A stretch of DNA of 64,000 nt from Octopus sinensis. Taxonomy: Eukaryota. The notes under the pieces were generated by a model that saw only the letters and a program-made list of their open reading frames with translations, ran no database searches and had not been told where the DNA came from. Position 1 is the stretch's first letter. Each line of letters opens with the position of its first letter. Location: the NCBI RefSeq assembly GCF_006345805.1, contig NW_021836290.1, positions 136,001 through 200,000 on the forward strand, in the 5' to 3' direction. Positions 62,201 through 64,000 of the stretch are shown here, piece after piece. The translations under genes were made by a program, and so were the position numbers.

Positions 62201-62748
62201 GTATAGTTTGACAACCAAAACCTCCATCAGAAGAACCAAGAATTGCGGGTATTCCACCTCTTGCAGCTGTGGCAGTGAATGTATAAGCTATACCAGCTGA
62301 GCCCTAAAGGTAAAGTTAGAGGAAAAAGGTAAAGCTGTAAAGTGTGGTGAGTCAGAGAAAATCCAGCATGGATGATTATTTGTGGAAGGACGTAGGGAGT
62401 CGGTGACCATCATGGCAGGAAGTGAATATGTTAGGGGACAACAGTGGGAATGGAAATGACTGAAAGAATCATTGAATAGGTTGAACTTTGCACATAGATG
62501 TTCAGTTGCTCTGCATAAAAGAATGATCAGAGGGGGAAGAATTCATTTAAATGAGAGCAGAGACAACATTAAACCTATGTGCATAAAAGTATTTAATAAA
62601 TAGATAAAATAAGAATTAAAATTTAATTTTAAAAAATAAATTAAATTTAAAGCCTTTAATTCCCATTACCCAATTGTTCTACAGATCAATGGGATGGTAA
62701 AGTACATTATTTAGGGGGCATAAGTTTAATCCCTGAATCAGTCAGACA

Positions 62749-62800
<52 letters not shown>

Positions 62801-63118
62801 GAAGTTAAACGCAGGTGTTATTCAAATTCTTTTACATGTTTTATACTATTTTATTCCTTTGGAATAATACCAATGTCTTCGAAACATGTGTCGGAAGTAA
62901 AACAATTTGAATAACATCAGTGTTTAACTCCATTTATTTATTTATATATATATTATACAAAACATTTCCCATAAATCCGGAGTTTCTACCTTTAAAATTG
63001 AGGTGTTACGCCCTTTTTACTTGTGTGATTTTTTGCTGCCCTGGTAACTGTTTATCTATTTCTTCTGTGTTAATTGTAAACAAGGGAAACATACACACAT
63101 CTATTTATATATATATAT

Positions 63119-63153
<35 letters not shown>

Positions 63154-63371
63154 TATTATCATTTAACATCTATTGTCCATGTTGACATGGGTCAGAGGAC
63201 TACATCACCTGCTTTAATGTCTGCTTCACCATGCCATCTACGGCTGGATACCCTTCCTTATACTAAGCGCTTCACACCATGTACTTGGTACTTTTTTTAC
63301 ATTCCACCAGAACTAGTGGGGTCATTGTGCAGCTTGCAAGCCGAAGATCCCCTTCAATTTATTGAGGTTAC

Positions 63372-63417
<46 letters not shown>

Positions 63418-64000
63418 CATGCAGGTGCATACATACATACACACTCTTATCCATGTAGGACGAGAAAATAAAACCTCAAACGAACAGAACAACTTAATAG
63501 GGGTTGGGTGACACAATGCCCTCCCTATGGAAAATGGAAGTGGGGCAGTGTAACCCCTGTGAATTTAATGAAGAGTTTATTCCAAAATTCTGTGACTATT
63601 GTTCTTGTTGTTGTTGTTTAACTCCCAAGCCAGGTCCTAATCTTGCAGACATTCCACACATGGCCATTGCTTTCATTGTTCAGACTCAGTGTGTCTAGGA
63701 CTTATATTATATGACATGTCTTTCATTTTTTAAGAGGATAAGGCATGAATTACAGGAAATTTAGCTACTATTTCTAGTAAGTTAAGAATTGCTTTTAGCA
63801 CCAGGTCAATCCTGATCAAAGACATTCCACTTGTGACCATCCAGTCTTTTTTTTAGTGAAGGTCTGTCTAGCACTGTTATCTATCATGTCTTTTCCTTGT
63901 TTATTATGGTAAGAAGTGATTTGAGGGAGATTTGGTTGCTACTTTTAGCATGTTGAATAGTCACAGAGAGGCTGCTGGAGTATCCTTTAGTATTTAGTTT

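Overview
Eukaryotic, AT-rich, extremely repeat-dense 64 kb. The SINE repertoire and microsatellite load look like an octopus (coleoid cephalopod) genome; that assignment is from my recall of the repeats, not from a search. One host gene can be reconstructed on the + strand: 4 coding exons at 22689-27898, 244 aa, with an N-terminal hydrophobic anchor/signal and a 'short-chain collagen C4/spongin-like' C-terminal domain but no collagen helix. A probable first exon/promoter of a second gene lies near 53.2 kb. Most of the rest is transposon debris and microsatellites: a head-to-tail stack of R4/Dong-type RLE retrotransposons at (TAA)n tracts, Tc1, piggyBac with a nested near-intact CR1-type LINE, Helitrons (one with a PIF1 helicase fragment), Neptune- and Naiad-like Penelope elements, Tx1/L1 and RTE remnants, a decayed Academ (XPG-nuclease type) transposon and several modular tRNA-derived SINEs. 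The most striking observation is at 32.7-34.3 kb: two related ~350-nt non-coding elements, each with a type I hammerhead ribozyme motif showing covariation between copies, terminal redundancy and long fold-back arms, sitting in (TA)n tracts. They look like a retrozyme/Penelope-parasite family. Most long ORFs in the supplied track are microsatellite or antisense artefacts.
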